NCBI GenBank assembly: GCA_040403885.1
Contig: JBBAJX010000008.1
Location: 13,169 to 77,168 of the forward strand
Direction: 5' to 3'
DNA length: 64,000 nucleotides
Origin: Sediminibacterium sp.
GTDB taxonomy: Bacteria > Bacteroidota > Bacteroidia > Chitinophagales > Chitinophagaceae
The position numbers and the translations under genes are program-made. Shown here piece by piece: positions 50,338-60,394 of this stretch. Each line of letters begins with the position of its first letter. The first letter of the stretch is position 1. The notes beneath the pieces are model-generated. The model was not told the DNA's origin. It was given only the letters and a program-made list of their open reading frames with translations, and ran no database searches.

Positions 50338-52170
50338 ATGGATAATTTCGTCGTTTCAGCTAGAAAATACAGGCCCCAAAACTTTAATACAGTGGTGGGA
50401 CAGGCGCCTATTACTACTACTTTAAAGAATGCCATTTTAAACAATCATTTGGCACATGCCTTTTTGTTTTGTGGACCAAGAGGGGTAGGTAAAACAACTT
50501 GCGCTCGTATTTTAGCTAAAACCATTAACTGTACTAGTATTACCAAGGAAGGTGAAGCCTGTAATACTTGTGAGTCTTGTGTTTCTTTTGAAAAAGGGGC
50601 TAGTTTAAATATTCATGAATTAGATGCAGCTTCTAATAATTCAGTAGATGATATCAGAACCTTAGTAGAACAGGTTCGTTTTGCACCTCAAGCTGGTAAA
50701 TACAAAGTATATATAGTAGATGAGGTACATATGTTAAGTACCAGTGCCTTTAATGCCTTTTTAAAAACATTAGAAGAGCCACCACCCTATGCCATTTTTA
50801 TTTTAGCCACTACTGAAAAACATAAAATTCTTCCGACTATTTTAAGTCGCTGTCAAATTTTTGATTTCAGACGCATTACGTCCAATGATACCGTAGCACA
50901 TTTAGAAGAAATTATTGGCAAAGAAAATATCAAGGCTGAAAAAAATGCATTGCAATTGATTGCGCAAAAAAGTGAAGGTTGTATGCGTGATGCATTAAGT
51001 ATTTTAGATAAAATAGTAAGTTTCTCTAACGGAGCTTTAACTTACGAAAATACACTTGAGCATTTAAATATTTTAGACGAAGCTTACTTTTTTAAATTAC
51101 TAGAATACCTTACCACACAGGACCTTACCCAGGCCATGTTGTTGTATGATGAAATTAATCAAAAAGGATTCGAGGGTGATATGGTTTTATACGGACTTGC
51201 TAGCTTTATCAGAAACTTATTAGTATGCAAGGACCCAGCCAGTGCCAAATTATTAGAATCGATTGAGGGATGGAGAGAACAATATATAAGTGTTGCCAAA
51301 GAAATAAGTACTCCTTATTTAGTAAGTGCACTTAACTTATTAAATGAAGCCGAGATTCAATTTAAAATGGCGCGTAATAAAAGACTGCATGTAGAAATGG
51401 CCATTATCAAACTCAATTTTTTACAACAAGCTATTGAACTAAGCATGGAAGACAGCCAAGTTGTAAAAAAAAAATTAGTGGATAGTCATTACCCTATTCG
51501 TTTAAAAAAAATTATTCCTTTAAGCAATTCAGTTGTCACCAAGGAGGCCAAATTAATTATAGAACAAAAGCCAGCAGTTACAAAAGCAGCTCTTACCAAA
51601 ACTACTCAAGCAGCGGAACCTATAGCTATAGCATCTGAACCTATAACTGCAACTTTGCCATTATCCAAAGAAGAAAATAGTGCTACCACGAATTCAACGC
51701 CTACTGAAAAAGGCAGCAATAAAAACTTACTTGCCGTTCTTCAAAATAAATACGGAGAAAAATACAAGATAGAGGAGGTCATCGATTCTGTTCCACTCAC
51801 CATAGCGGATTTAAGAAAATGTTGGGATGATTTCACCCTTACTTTAGAAACAGCTTTAAAACATTCTGCGGCCAGCACTTTTAAATTAGCAGCATTAGAT
51901 ATAGAAAATGAAACTCATTTCACCATTACTGTTCCTGCTTTAACAGCACAAAAATTTGTAGAACAAGAACGCATGAATGTGTTAGAAAGAGTATGGGATC
52001 ATTTCCACAACCGCGCCATTCAATTTAGTATACTAGTAGCCGCTAGCGAAAAAGAAGACGTGCCCTTACATTTAAGTTTGAATAGCAAACAAAAATACGA
52101 ACGCATTGCAGCAATGTACCCCTTGGTGCAGGAATTAAAAACAAGATTGAACTTAGAGATTTACTATTAA
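50338..52170 (+). CDS. dnaX: DNA polymerase III subunits tau/gamma (ATG 50338; 610-aa tau)
   Basis: SARKYRP, GPRGVGKTT, CxxCxxC, ELDAASN, DEVHML, ILSRCQ. TACTTTTG promoter box at 50301-50308. Confidence 0.97.
   Translation: MDNFVVSARKYRPQNFNTVVGQAPITTTLKNAILNNHLAHAFLFCGPRGVGKTTCARILAKTINCTSITKEGEACNTCESCVSFEKGASLNIHELDAASNNSVDDIRTLVEQVRFAPQAGKYKVYIVDEVHMLSTSAFNAFLKTLEEPPPYAIFILATTEKHKILPTILSRCQIFDFRRITSNDTVAHLEEIIGKENIKAEKNALQLIAQKSEGCMRDALSILDKIVSFSNGALTYENTLEHLNILDEAYFFKLLEYLTTQDLTQAMLLYDEINQKGFEGDMVLYGLASFIRNLLVCKDPASAKLLESIEGWREQYISVAKEISTPYLVSALNLLNEAEIQFKMARNKRLHVEMAIIKLNFLQQAIELSMEDSQVVKKKLVDSHYPIRLKKIIPLSNSVVTKEAKLIIEQKPAVTKAALTKTTQAAEPIAIASEPITATLPLSKEENSATTNSTPTEKGSNKNLLAVLQNKYGEKYKIEEVIDSVPLTIADLRKCWDDFTLTLETALKHSAASTFKLAALDIENETHFTITVPALTAQKFVEQERMNVLERVWDHFHNRAIQFSILVAASEKEDVPLHLSLNSKQKYERIAAMYPLVQELKTRLNLEIYY
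51465..51474 (+). other. A10 slippage/frameshift site in dnaX
   Basis: GTA AAA AAA AAA TTA GTG GAT AG. A9 reads AAT TAG; A11 reads ATT AGT GGA TAG. Lies directly after domain III. Confidence 0.7.
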
Positions 52171-52187
52171 AGTATTAGTACTAAAGC

Positions 52188-52215
52188 TTTATTACTAGAA
52201 TTTTATTACTAGAAT
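52188..52215. repeat. 14-bp tandem duplication between convergent dnaX and the SUI1-family gene
   Basis: TTTATTACTAGAAT x2. Confidence 0.8.
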
Positions 52216-52223
52216 TTTTACTA

Positions 52224-52577
52224 CTAAAGCCTAGCCTTTTGGTATCCCTTTTGTTTTAGATATTGGAATATTTTTTGGCGGTGATCACCTTGAATAATAA
52301 TTTCTCCATCTTTCACCGAGCCCCCTGTACCGCAATGATTTTTTAAAGCCTTCCCTAAATCATTCATTGCGTCTAAACTACCTTCAAAACCATACACAAT
52401 GGTCACTGTTTTTCCTGCTCTATGTTTTGTCTCTAAAATAATGCGCAGTGCTTGTTCTGCTGGCGCTAGTGTTACGGTGGATGCTTCTTCCTTGGGGAGC
52501 ATATAATTGGGATTAGTGCTATACACTAAAGGGGAAGTATTTTGACTAGTTGTATTTGATTTGCCTTTTTTGTTCAT
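52224..52577 (-). CDS. SUI1/YciH family translation initiation factor
   Basis: LVYSTNP, RAGKTVTIV, LKNHCGTGGSVKDG, IQGDHR. Confidence 0.93.
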   Translation of the reverse strand: MNKKGKSNTTSQNTSPLVYSTNPNYMLPKEEASTVTLAPAEQALRIILETKHRAGKTVTIVYGFEGSLDAMNDLGKALKNHCGTGGSVKDGEIIIQGDHRQKIFQYLKQKGYQKARL

Positions 52578-52683
52578 TTTTCAGGTATTATAACAGTTTA
52601 AAGTTTGTAGTCTGCCTAGTATTTTGAAACTTTGTAATACAAATTAATAAAACAAAGTTAAGGCTAAAAATAAAGTAACCATT

Positions 52684-54201
52684 ATGTCTAAAAAAGTAAT
52701 CTTAGTAATCATGGATGGTTGGGGTCTTGGGCTTGTACCTGCTTCAGATGCTATACAACAAGCAAAAGTACCCTTCGTGTCAAGTTTATATAAGGCTTAC
52801 CCTCATACTACACTTGTTACTTGCGGAGAAGCAGTGGGCCTGCCCGATGGACAAATGGGCAATAGCGAAGTAGGTCATTTAAACTTAGGGGCAGGACGTA
52901 TTGTATACCAAGAATTACAAAGAATTAATGTGGCCATTAAAACAGGTGCATTAGCTAGCAACCCTAGTTTACTAGCAAGCATCGATTATGCAAAACAAAA
53001 TAATAAACCCTTACACTTATTAGGTTTAGTGAGCGATGGTGGCGTGCATTCTCATACAAGTCATTTGAAAGCCATTTGTGATGTATGTAAAATCAAAGGT
53101 TTAAGCCAAGTCTATATTCATGCCTTTACGGACGGAAGAGATACCGATCCTAAAAGTGGATTAAGCTATATAGAAGATCTTGAAAATTATTTACAAAATT
53201 CAGCAGGAAAAATTGCGACAGTAAGTGGTAGGTATTACGCTATGGATAGAGATAAAAGATGGGAAAGGGTTCAACTAGCTTATAACGCATTAGTAAAAGC
53301 AGAAGGGCCAACAGCGACTGCGGCTATAGATGCGATTAAAGCAAACTATGCTGGTAATATTACAGATGAATTTATAAAACCAACCGTCTTAACAGAAAAC
53401 GGCATAGCCATTGCTACAATTAAAGACGGCGATGCAGTGCTTTGTTTTAATTTTAGAACCGATCGTTGTAGAGAAATTACAGAAGTGCTAAGCCAAAAAG
53501 ATTTTCCAGACTTTGGTATGAAAAAATTGGACTTAGATTATACCACCATTACAAAATACAATGAGACTTTTAAAAATATAAATGTCATTTTTGAGAATGA
53601 TAATTTAGAAAATACCTTGGGCGAAGTTTTAGCAAAATATAATAAGAAACAAATTAGAATTGCGGAGACGGAGAAATATCCGCATGTGACATTTTTCTTT
53701 AGTGGCGGAAGAGAATTGCCTTTTGAAGGAGAAACAAGAATTATGGCCCCTTCTGCTAAAGTTGCCACTTATGATTTGCAACCTGAAATGAGTGCTGCTG
53801 AATTAACTAATAAATTATTGCCGGAATTAAAAGTAGGTAACCCCGATTTTGTTTGCTTGAATTTTGCCAATGCCGATATGGTAGGACATACCGGTGTATT
53901 TACTGCAGTAATGAAGGCGGTAGAAACGGTGGACGCCTGCGTTGAAAAAATTGTCACTACTGGTTTAGAAAATGGATACAGTATTTTTTTAACAGCGGAC
54001 CATGGTAATGCCGATTATATGATTAATGAAGACGGAAGTCCTAATACAGCGCATTCCCTCAATTTAGTACCCTTCTTTATTATTGACAAGCAGTGGAAAG
54101 GCAGCATAAAACCCGGTAAACTAGGTGATTTAGCGCCTACTATTTTAAAAGTAATGGGCTTGGATATACCTAAGGAAATGACCGGTGATGTATTAATCTA
54201 A
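52684..54201 (+). CDS. gpmI: 2,3-BPG-independent phosphoglycerate mutase
   Basis: MDGWG, GQMGNSEVGH, SDGGVHSH, GRYYAMDRD, AETEKYPHVT, TADHGN. Confidence 0.98.
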   Translation: MSKKVILVIMDGWGLGLVPASDAIQQAKVPFVSSLYKAYPHTTLVTCGEAVGLPDGQMGNSEVGHLNLGAGRIVYQELQRINVAIKTGALASNPSLLASIDYAKQNNKPLHLLGLVSDGGVHSHTSHLKAICDVCKIKGLSQVYIHAFTDGRDTDPKSGLSYIEDLENYLQNSAGKIATVSGRYYAMDRDKRWERVQLAYNALVKAEGPTATAAIDAIKANYAGNITDEFIKPTVLTENGIAIATIKDGDAVLCFNFRTDRCREITEVLSQKDFPDFGMKKLDLDYTTITKYNETFKNINVIFENDNLENTLGEVLAKYNKKQIRIAETEKYPHVTFFFSGGRELPFEGETRIMAPSAKVATYDLQPEMSAAELTNKLLPELKVGNPDFVCLNFANADMVGHTGVFTAVMKAVETVDACVEKIVTTGLENGYSIFLTADHGNADYMINEDGSPNTAHSLNLVPFFIIDKQWKGSIKPGKLGDLAPTILKVMGLDIPKEMTGDVLI

Positions 54202-54346
54202 TAAAATTGTTAATTAATATTATCTTTAAACAATTATAAGGTCAATATAAAATTTCCTAGGGCCTCAAAATATAAATTTAATTAAGAATAAGCAGTCAAA
54301 ATAGTATGGATACATTGCAAGCTAATTATTCTGCTGATAGCCTAGT

Positions 54347-54982
54347 ATGAAAATTGTAAAAGCAACTTATTTAATTTCTAGTCCCAATTTTGATCAATGC
54401 CCCGCATTGAAAGCGCCAGAATATGCCTTTATTGGAAGAAGTAATGTGGGCAAGTCTTCTATTATTAATGCACTTTGCGCACAAAAAAATTTAGCTAAAA
54501 CTTCGGGCACACCAGGAAAGACGCAGCTTATTAACCATTTTGAAATTGTAAGTAATAGTGTGGCTAAAGGGAAACAAGACAAATGGTATATTGTAGATTT
54601 ACCCGGTTACGGATTTGCAAAAGTATCCCAAAGTAGTAGAAGAAGATGGGAGCAAATGATAGAAAACTATTTAAGAAAAAGAGAAAACTTGAATCGAGTA
54701 TTTGTTTTAATTGATAGCAGGCATGCTCCCCAAAAAATTGATTTAGAATTTGTCGAACAATTATTCAAATGGGAAATTCCCTTCACCCTTATATTCACTA
54801 AGTCAGACAAAGAGAAACCGGGTGTGGTTGCAAGAAATGTAAAGTCATTTTTTGAGGCATTAAATAAAATACTACCTTTTTTACCACAAGGCTTTGTAAC
54901 GAGTGCAGAAAAAAGAACAGGCGTGGATGAAGTGATAGCCTGTATAGACCAATACAATAAATTAGACGCCGAGGGGATGTAA
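54347..54982 (+). CDS. engB: Ribosome biogenesis GTPase YihA/YsxC
   Basis: GRSNVGKSS, PGKTQ, DLPGYG, TKSD. Confidence 0.96.
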   Translation: MKIVKATYLISSPNFDQCPALKAPEYAFIGRSNVGKSSIINALCAQKNLAKTSGTPGKTQLINHFEIVSNSVAKGKQDKWYIVDLPGYGFAKVSQSSRRRWEQMIENYLRKRENLNRVFVLIDSRHAPQKIDLEFVEQLFKWEIPFTLIFTKSDKEKPGVVARNVKSFFEALNKILPFLPQGFVTSAEKRTGVDEVIACIDQYNKLDAEGM

Positions 54983-55003
54983 GCCTGTCAATAATTCAAT
55001 TTT

Positions 55004-55477
55004 TTAATTCACTGCTTTATCTGCACAGCAACTGCTTGCAAAAGCTTCCGGCTTGGCTTTAAAGGCAAAACCCATTCCTAATATATAACCCATGGCTTCT
55101 TTTAAAGCGTCATTACTTTTAAATTGCGGATTCGTATTAATATCGGCGTGTACTTCCATTTCAATATTATATTCTATAAATAAATCACATAGCTCATAAG
55201 CAATTTCAATGCTTTTAGCCACTTCCAATAACATTCTTTCTTTTAGATGATATTTTTGTGTGGTTTTATCATTATGGATATACATGAAACCTCCATTATG
55301 CTCTCTTAAAAAAACAATCACTGTTGCAAATTCAGTAACATTGGCTTTTACTTGACTATCTGTTCCAATACAAACTTTTAATTTTGTCTTTTTTGCAGAC
55401 TCGGCAATGATTGTTTGTTTGACGGCCTCTTTAATAGGTAGTACTATTTTTTCTCCATTAAATTTTCTCCATAACAT
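55004..55477 (-). CDS. RNase H-like YkuK family protein
   Basis: CIGTDSQ, ERMLLEVAKS, EVHADIN, KPEAFASSCCAD. Confidence 0.8.
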   Translation of the reverse strand: MLWRKFNGEKIVLPIKEAVKQTIIAESAKKTKLKVCIGTDSQVKANVTEFATVIVFLREHNGGFMYIHNDKTTQKYHLKERMLLEVAKSIEIAYELCDLFIEYNIEMEVHADINTNPQFKSNDALKEAMGYILGMGFAFKAKPEAFASSCCADKAVN

Positions 55478-55657
55478 AGATTCAATATTATAAGTTCTAT
55501 AGAATAAGTTGCCTAAATCAGTAACCTAAATTAGTTATAAGATTTGAATGGCCCTTTTAGTAGAAGCTACAGTTTTCAACAGCAGGTGGATAATCCCCTC
55601 TTTTGCCTAAAAGCCACCTATATTTATTACCTTTGATCACTTAATAGAAAGCCCATT

Positions 55658-57427
55658 ATGAAGATATTATTCCAATACATTAAACCCTTTAGAAGCCTTG
55701 TTTTACTCGCTTTTATATTAGCAGGTATTAACCAAACCTTTTCCTTATTCGACCCCATGATTTTTGGTAAACTAATTGATGAATTTGCCAAAAACCCAAT
55801 CGTAGATGCAGCGGGTCACCACAGAACACAATCCGATTTTTTAAGGGGCGTGAGTAATATGTTATTGTTATTAGTGGGCACTGCCATGGTAAGTAGAATA
55901 GCCAAAGCCTTTCAAGATTATACAGTGAATGTAATTATTCAAAAATTTGGGGCCGCCTTATTTACCGATGGATTAAAGCATTCCATGCAACTTCCTTATC
56001 AAGCCTTTGAAGACCAAAGAAGTGGAGAAACCCTTTCTATCTTAACCAAGGCAAGAGCCGATTGTGAAAAGTTTATTAGCTATGTGGTAAATGTATTATT
56101 TGGCATTATTGTAAGCGTCATTTTTGTGTCTATTTATGCTACCAGATTACATTGGTCCATTATTCCCATATATATTGGAGGAGCCAGCCTTATTGCCTAT
56201 GTTACCAATTTGTTAAGTAAGCAAATAAAAGTGATTCAAAAAACAATTGTCAAAGAAACCACTTCTTTGGCAGGTACTACCACAGAAAGCTTACGCAATA
56301 TTGAATTAATTAAAAGTTTAGGCTTAACCACACAAGAAATTCAAAGACTCAATAATAATACTTATAAAATTTTAGCACTCGAATTAAAAAAAGTAAAAAA
56401 TGTTCGCTCCTTGAGTTTTATACAAGGCACCATGGTGAACTTTTTAAGACAGGTTATTACTTTTACTTTAATGTGGCTCATTTTTAAAGAAATACTAACT
56501 GTGGGTCAATTAATTTCATTGCAATTTTATAGCTTTTTTATATTTGGTCCATTACAAGAAATTGGAAGTATTATTTTAAGCTATAGAGAAACAGAAGCCT
56601 CTTTAAATAATTTCGACGCTTTAATGAAAAAGCCTATCGAACAAACCCCTAGCAACCCCGTTGCTATTGGAGATATACAACACTTGGCATTCAATCAAGT
56701 AGGCTTTCAACATCAAACAGCTAATTTTAAAGCCATTGATAATATTAGTTTTGAAGCAAAGAAGGGCGAAACCGTTGCCTTTGTGGGACCTTCAGGAGCA
56801 GGTAAAAGTACCTTGGTGAAATTATTAGTGGGATTATATGAGCCACAAGAGGGACAAATTTTAGTCAATGATGTGAATTCAAATAATATTGATATGACTG
56901 GACTTCGCAATCAAATTAGTTTTGTTACCCAAGACACACAATTATTTGCAGGCACTATTAGAGAAAACTTAGCCTTTGTAGCACCTAATGCGACAGAAGA
57001 AGAAATGCTAATTGCACTTACCAAGGCTAGTTGTACCAATATTTTAGACAAAGGTGGCAATGGCCTAGCTACTTTAATTGGAGAAGGTGGTTTGAAATTA
57101 AGTGGAGGGGAAAAACAAAGACTATCTATTGCCAGGGCCTTATTAAGGCATCCTCATTTATTAATATTTGATGAAGCCACTTCTTCATTAGATAGTATTA
57201 CTGAAGAATCTATCACCGATACCATCAGACAATTATCAGCTGAAAGAGAACAAATAACTATTATGATTGCGCATAGGCTATCTACCATTATTCATGCTAC
57301 AAGAATTTATGTATTAGAGAAAGGGCAAGTGATAGAAAAAGGAACCCATGACTCATTATTATTAGAGAAGGGTTTATACTATGCCATGTGGAGACAACAA
57401 ATTGGAGAAAGAAGAATGGCTAATTAA
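55658..57427 (+). CDS. ABC exporter, fused permease/ATPase
   Basis: TM domain plus GPSGAGKST, LSGGEKQR, FDEATSSLD. TACCTTTG box at about 55627-55634. Confidence 0.93.
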   Translation: MKILFQYIKPFRSLVLLAFILAGINQTFSLFDPMIFGKLIDEFAKNPIVDAAGHHRTQSDFLRGVSNMLLLLVGTAMVSRIAKAFQDYTVNVIIQKFGAALFTDGLKHSMQLPYQAFEDQRSGETLSILTKARADCEKFISYVVNVLFGIIVSVIFVSIYATRLHWSIIPIYIGGASLIAYVTNLLSKQIKVIQKTIVKETTSLAGTTTESLRNIELIKSLGLTTQEIQRLNNNTYKILALELKKVKNVRSLSFIQGTMVNFLRQVITFTLMWLIFKEILTVGQLISLQFYSFFIFGPLQEIGSIILSYRETEASLNNFDALMKKPIEQTPSNPVAIGDIQHLAFNQVGFQHQTANFKAIDNISFEAKKGETVAFVGPSGAGKSTLVKLLVGLYEPQEGQILVNDVNSNNIDMTGLRNQISFVTQDTQLFAGTIRENLAFVAPNATEEEMLIALTKASCTNILDKGGNGLATLIGEGGLKLSGGEKQRLSIARALLRHPHLLIFDEATSSLDSITEESITDTIRQLSAEREQITIMIAHRLSTIIHATRIYVLEKGQVIEKGTHDSLLLEKGLYYAMWRQQIGERRMAN

Positions 57428-57456
57428 TTAGTATTTTTGCGACCATAGCGTCTATT

Positions 57457-59265
57457 ATGGAAAAAGAGCAGTTTAAGGAAATTCAGTCCAGTATACCCCA
57501 AGAACCAGGGATCTATCAATATTTTGATGGAAAGGGGGCTTTATTATATGTAGGCAAGGCTAAAAACATACGAAAAAGGGTGAGTTCCTATTTCTTAGCC
57601 ACCCAAGAAAATCAGAAAACAATTGAATTAGTAGAAAAAATTAAAGACATCCAATTTACCATTGTGAATTCAGAGCATGATGCATTTATACTGGAAAATG
57701 AACTCATTAAAAACTATCAGCCCAAGTATAATATTAATTTAAAGGACGATAAAACCTACCCTTATATTATTATCAAAAACGAGTCCTTCCCTAGGGTATA
57801 TATTACAAGAAGAAAAATAAAAGATGGATCCACTTATATAGGCCCTTTTACGCATGCACTAGCGGTAAGGGAATTAATGAACCATATTAAACAAACTATT
57901 CCCTTAAGAACCTGTACCCTTCCGCTTACTAAAAAAAATATTGAATTAGGTAAGTTTAAAGTTTGTTTAGAATATCATATTGGAAACTGCTTGGGGCCTT
58001 GTCAAAATTTTCAGTCAGAAACTAATTATAACGAATCTATAGAGCAGGTACAAAATTTATTGAAAGGTAATATCAAACCCGTCATTCAAACTTTGCAAAC
58101 AAAAATGCAAGAGCAGGCCACTGCTATGCAATTTGAAAAAGCAGGATTGACCAAAAGAAAAATAGAAGAACTAGAAACCTACCAAATTAAATCGGTTGTT
58201 TATACAAAACATCAACACCCCATAGATGTTTTTAGTATTGCCCATAATGAAGACCAAGCCTATGTGAGTTATTTAATGGTGCAAGAAGGTAGAATTATAC
58301 AAACACATATATTGCCTTTAACAGTGCCTCTAGATGAAAACAAAGAAACTATTTTGTCTTTCGCGATACATTATTTCAGAACGAATCTTAGCTCTGAGGC
58401 CAAAGAGATTATTCTGTCCCTTGAATTGGAAGGTACATTACCAGGCGTGAAATATACCATTCCCTTACAAGGAGATAAAGAACAACTTTTAGCCTTATCT
58501 CAAAAAAATGCCGACTATGCTTTAAAGGATTGGGAATATAAACAAAAGCTAGTACAAGTCAACCCTATCAAAGACGATAGCGTTTTACAGGAACTTAAAG
58601 ACCAACTTCATTTGGGTGCCATGCCCGTGCATATAGAATGTTTTGATAACTCAAATATACAAGGAGCCTTTCCTGTATCGGCCATGATTTGTTTTAAAAA
58701 TGGGCAGCCTAGTAAATCGGATTACCGTAAATTTAATATCAAAACAGTAGTGGGTATTAATGATTTTGCCAGCATGAAGGAATCGGTGTATAGAAGGTAT
58801 AAATCGGTAATAGAAAAAAAGCAGGCTCTTCCTCAGCTTATAATAATAGATGGTGGTAAGGGGCAGTTAAATGCCGCTATTGAAGCTTTGTCTGAGTTAG
58901 GTATTCAACAGCAGGTCACCACCGTTGGACTTGCTAAAAATTTAGAAGAAATTTTCTTTGTAGGCGATAAAGACTCCCTGAAATTAAACTGGCAGTCCGA
59001 CGCACACCGATTAATTAGAAATATAAGGGATGAAGTACACCGTTTTGGTATACAGTTTCATAGAAGCAAGAGGTCTAAAGGAGCGCTTGAAAACAGCTTG
59101 GATCAAATTGAAGGCATTGGACCTAAGACCAAGGACTTATTATTGATTTATTTTAAATCGGTACAAAAAATAAAAGAAGCTAAGCTTGAATTGCTTTCAG
59201 AAATTATAGGCCCAAGTAAAGCTCAAATACTAAAGGCCGCATTTGAAAAAAGAGAGCTTGAATAA
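57457..59265 (+). CDS. uvrC: Excinuclease ABC subunit C
   Basis: GIY-YIG motifs PGIYQY and YVGKAKN, ECFDNSN, IDGGKGQL, IRDEVHRF, HhH GIGPKT. Confidence 0.97.
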   Translation: MEKEQFKEIQSSIPQEPGIYQYFDGKGALLYVGKAKNIRKRVSSYFLATQENQKTIELVEKIKDIQFTIVNSEHDAFILENELIKNYQPKYNINLKDDKTYPYIIIKNESFPRVYITRRKIKDGSTYIGPFTHALAVRELMNHIKQTIPLRTCTLPLTKKNIELGKFKVCLEYHIGNCLGPCQNFQSETNYNESIEQVQNLLKGNIKPVIQTLQTKMQEQATAMQFEKAGLTKRKIEELETYQIKSVVYTKHQHPIDVFSIAHNEDQAYVSYLMVQEGRIIQTHILPLTVPLDENKETILSFAIHYFRTNLSSEAKEIILSLELEGTLPGVKYTIPLQGDKEQLLALSQKNADYALKDWEYKQKLVQVNPIKDDSVLQELKDQLHLGAMPVHIECFDNSNIQGAFPVSAMICFKNGQPSKSDYRKFNIKTVVGINDFASMKESVYRRYKSVIEKKQALPQLIIIDGGKGQLNAAIEALSELGIQQQVTTVGLAKNLEEIFFVGDKDSLKLNWQSDAHRLIRNIRDEVHRFGIQFHRSKRSKGALENSLDQIEGIGPKTKDLLLIYFKSVQKIKEAKLELLSEIIGPSKAQILKAAFEKRELE

Positions 59266-59286
59266 TAAAGGATTAATAAGCGCAGA

Positions 59287-60339
59287 TTAATACACCCATC
59301 TGTCTTGCTCGTAATCGAAAATTCTTTGTCTAATCTTCTCCCCTTCTAATAATCTTTTACTAGGATCTTTATACAAAGCATTCAACATTTTATCGTTGTA
59401 ATTGTCTAGTGTAGACTTTACAACATATCCATTAAAGTATCTGCTTTCAAAAAGTTCTTCCCAAGTAATTCTATTTGAAATATTTTTAGGATTATATACT
59501 TGGTTCTTAGCAAGTGTAGCTCTTAATTCTGGATAGTAAATCCAAAATAAGGTACGTTTAATAGGCTTATTATTAATGACAATGGTAGCCACAGGCGCAA
59601 TACCAATAATTCTGCAATACATTCTGCTAGTTCTATTATCAAAGATGAATTGCTCTTTTAACCTGAATGTATAAATGGAATCTGGATTAGGCGCTAGTTT
59701 GGTATTGTAAATAATACTTGTATCAAATACATTGGGATTATTAATATTTTGTACTAACTGCGTATCTAAACTTCCTTTCAACATGGCGTTCACTTCGTCG
59801 ATACCCAATGGTTTGGTAAAACGGTCGTCTCCTCCTTCTGCTGAAAAGGGTACGACACCGTCTTTTTCAATAGCTCTTAATAAAAGAGCAAAAAAACGTT
59901 GGTCCCCATTATCATCATAAGCTTGGTAAATAAAAGGGCGATTAATTTTTTCTCTGCCATCTACTTCTTCCCAAACAAACTCACTAAACAAGGCGTCCTC
60001 TTCTCTTAAATTTTCATAAGCCATGGGTGTTCTTTGTTGAATGGCTTTTTTTGTATTATTCTCGGAAAAGAATCCATAATTAGGTCTTAAACTTCTTTTG
60101 TTATTCGCATTAAACCCACCCACCATAGTGGTGTCAATTGTTTTAGTCGATTTTATATTGGAATCAATGGCCACTTTCGATACGGCCACTGTAGGGGCAG
60201 GTACATCGACCGTGTTACTGGCCACGGTGTCTTTTGTAGCAGGTGCCCCTTTTTTCTTGTAATTAAACTGAGCATTAGCACTATTGACTATGCTAAACGC
60301 TAACACTAATAGGCAACTATGGAATATTAATTTTTTCAT
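59287..60339 (-). CDS. gldN: Gliding/T9SS protein GldN
   Basis: PMAYENLREED, VWEEVD, LFWIYYP, WEELFESRYF, IFDYEQDRW; last gene of gldKLMN. Confidence 0.9.
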   Translation of the reverse strand: MKKLIFHSCLLVLAFSIVNSANAQFNYKKKGAPATKDTVASNTVDVPAPTVAVSKVAIDSNIKSTKTIDTTMVGGFNANNKRSLRPNYGFFSENNTKKAIQQRTPMAYENLREEDALFSEFVWEEVDGREKINRPFIYQAYDDNGDQRFFALLLRAIEKDGVVPFSAEGGDDRFTKPLGIDEVNAMLKGSLDTQLVQNINNPNVFDTSIIYNTKLAPNPDSIYTFRLKEQFIFDNRTSRMYCRIIGIAPVATIVINNKPIKRTLFWIYYPELRATLAKNQVYNPKNISNRITWEELFESRYFNGYVVKSTLDNYNDKMLNALYKDPSKRLLEGEKIRQRIFDYEQDRWVY

Positions 60340-60394
60340 GTCTTATATTTTTCAACTTTTCTATACAATATTTAGTAATATTTTTTCAACTTAA

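Noticed and set aside
59590-59640. GldN reads GIAP where I recall ICP in flavobacterial and Porphyromonas orthologues (Cys linked to GldK)
   Set aside because: Rests on remembered alignments I cannot verify, and may be normal for this lineage.
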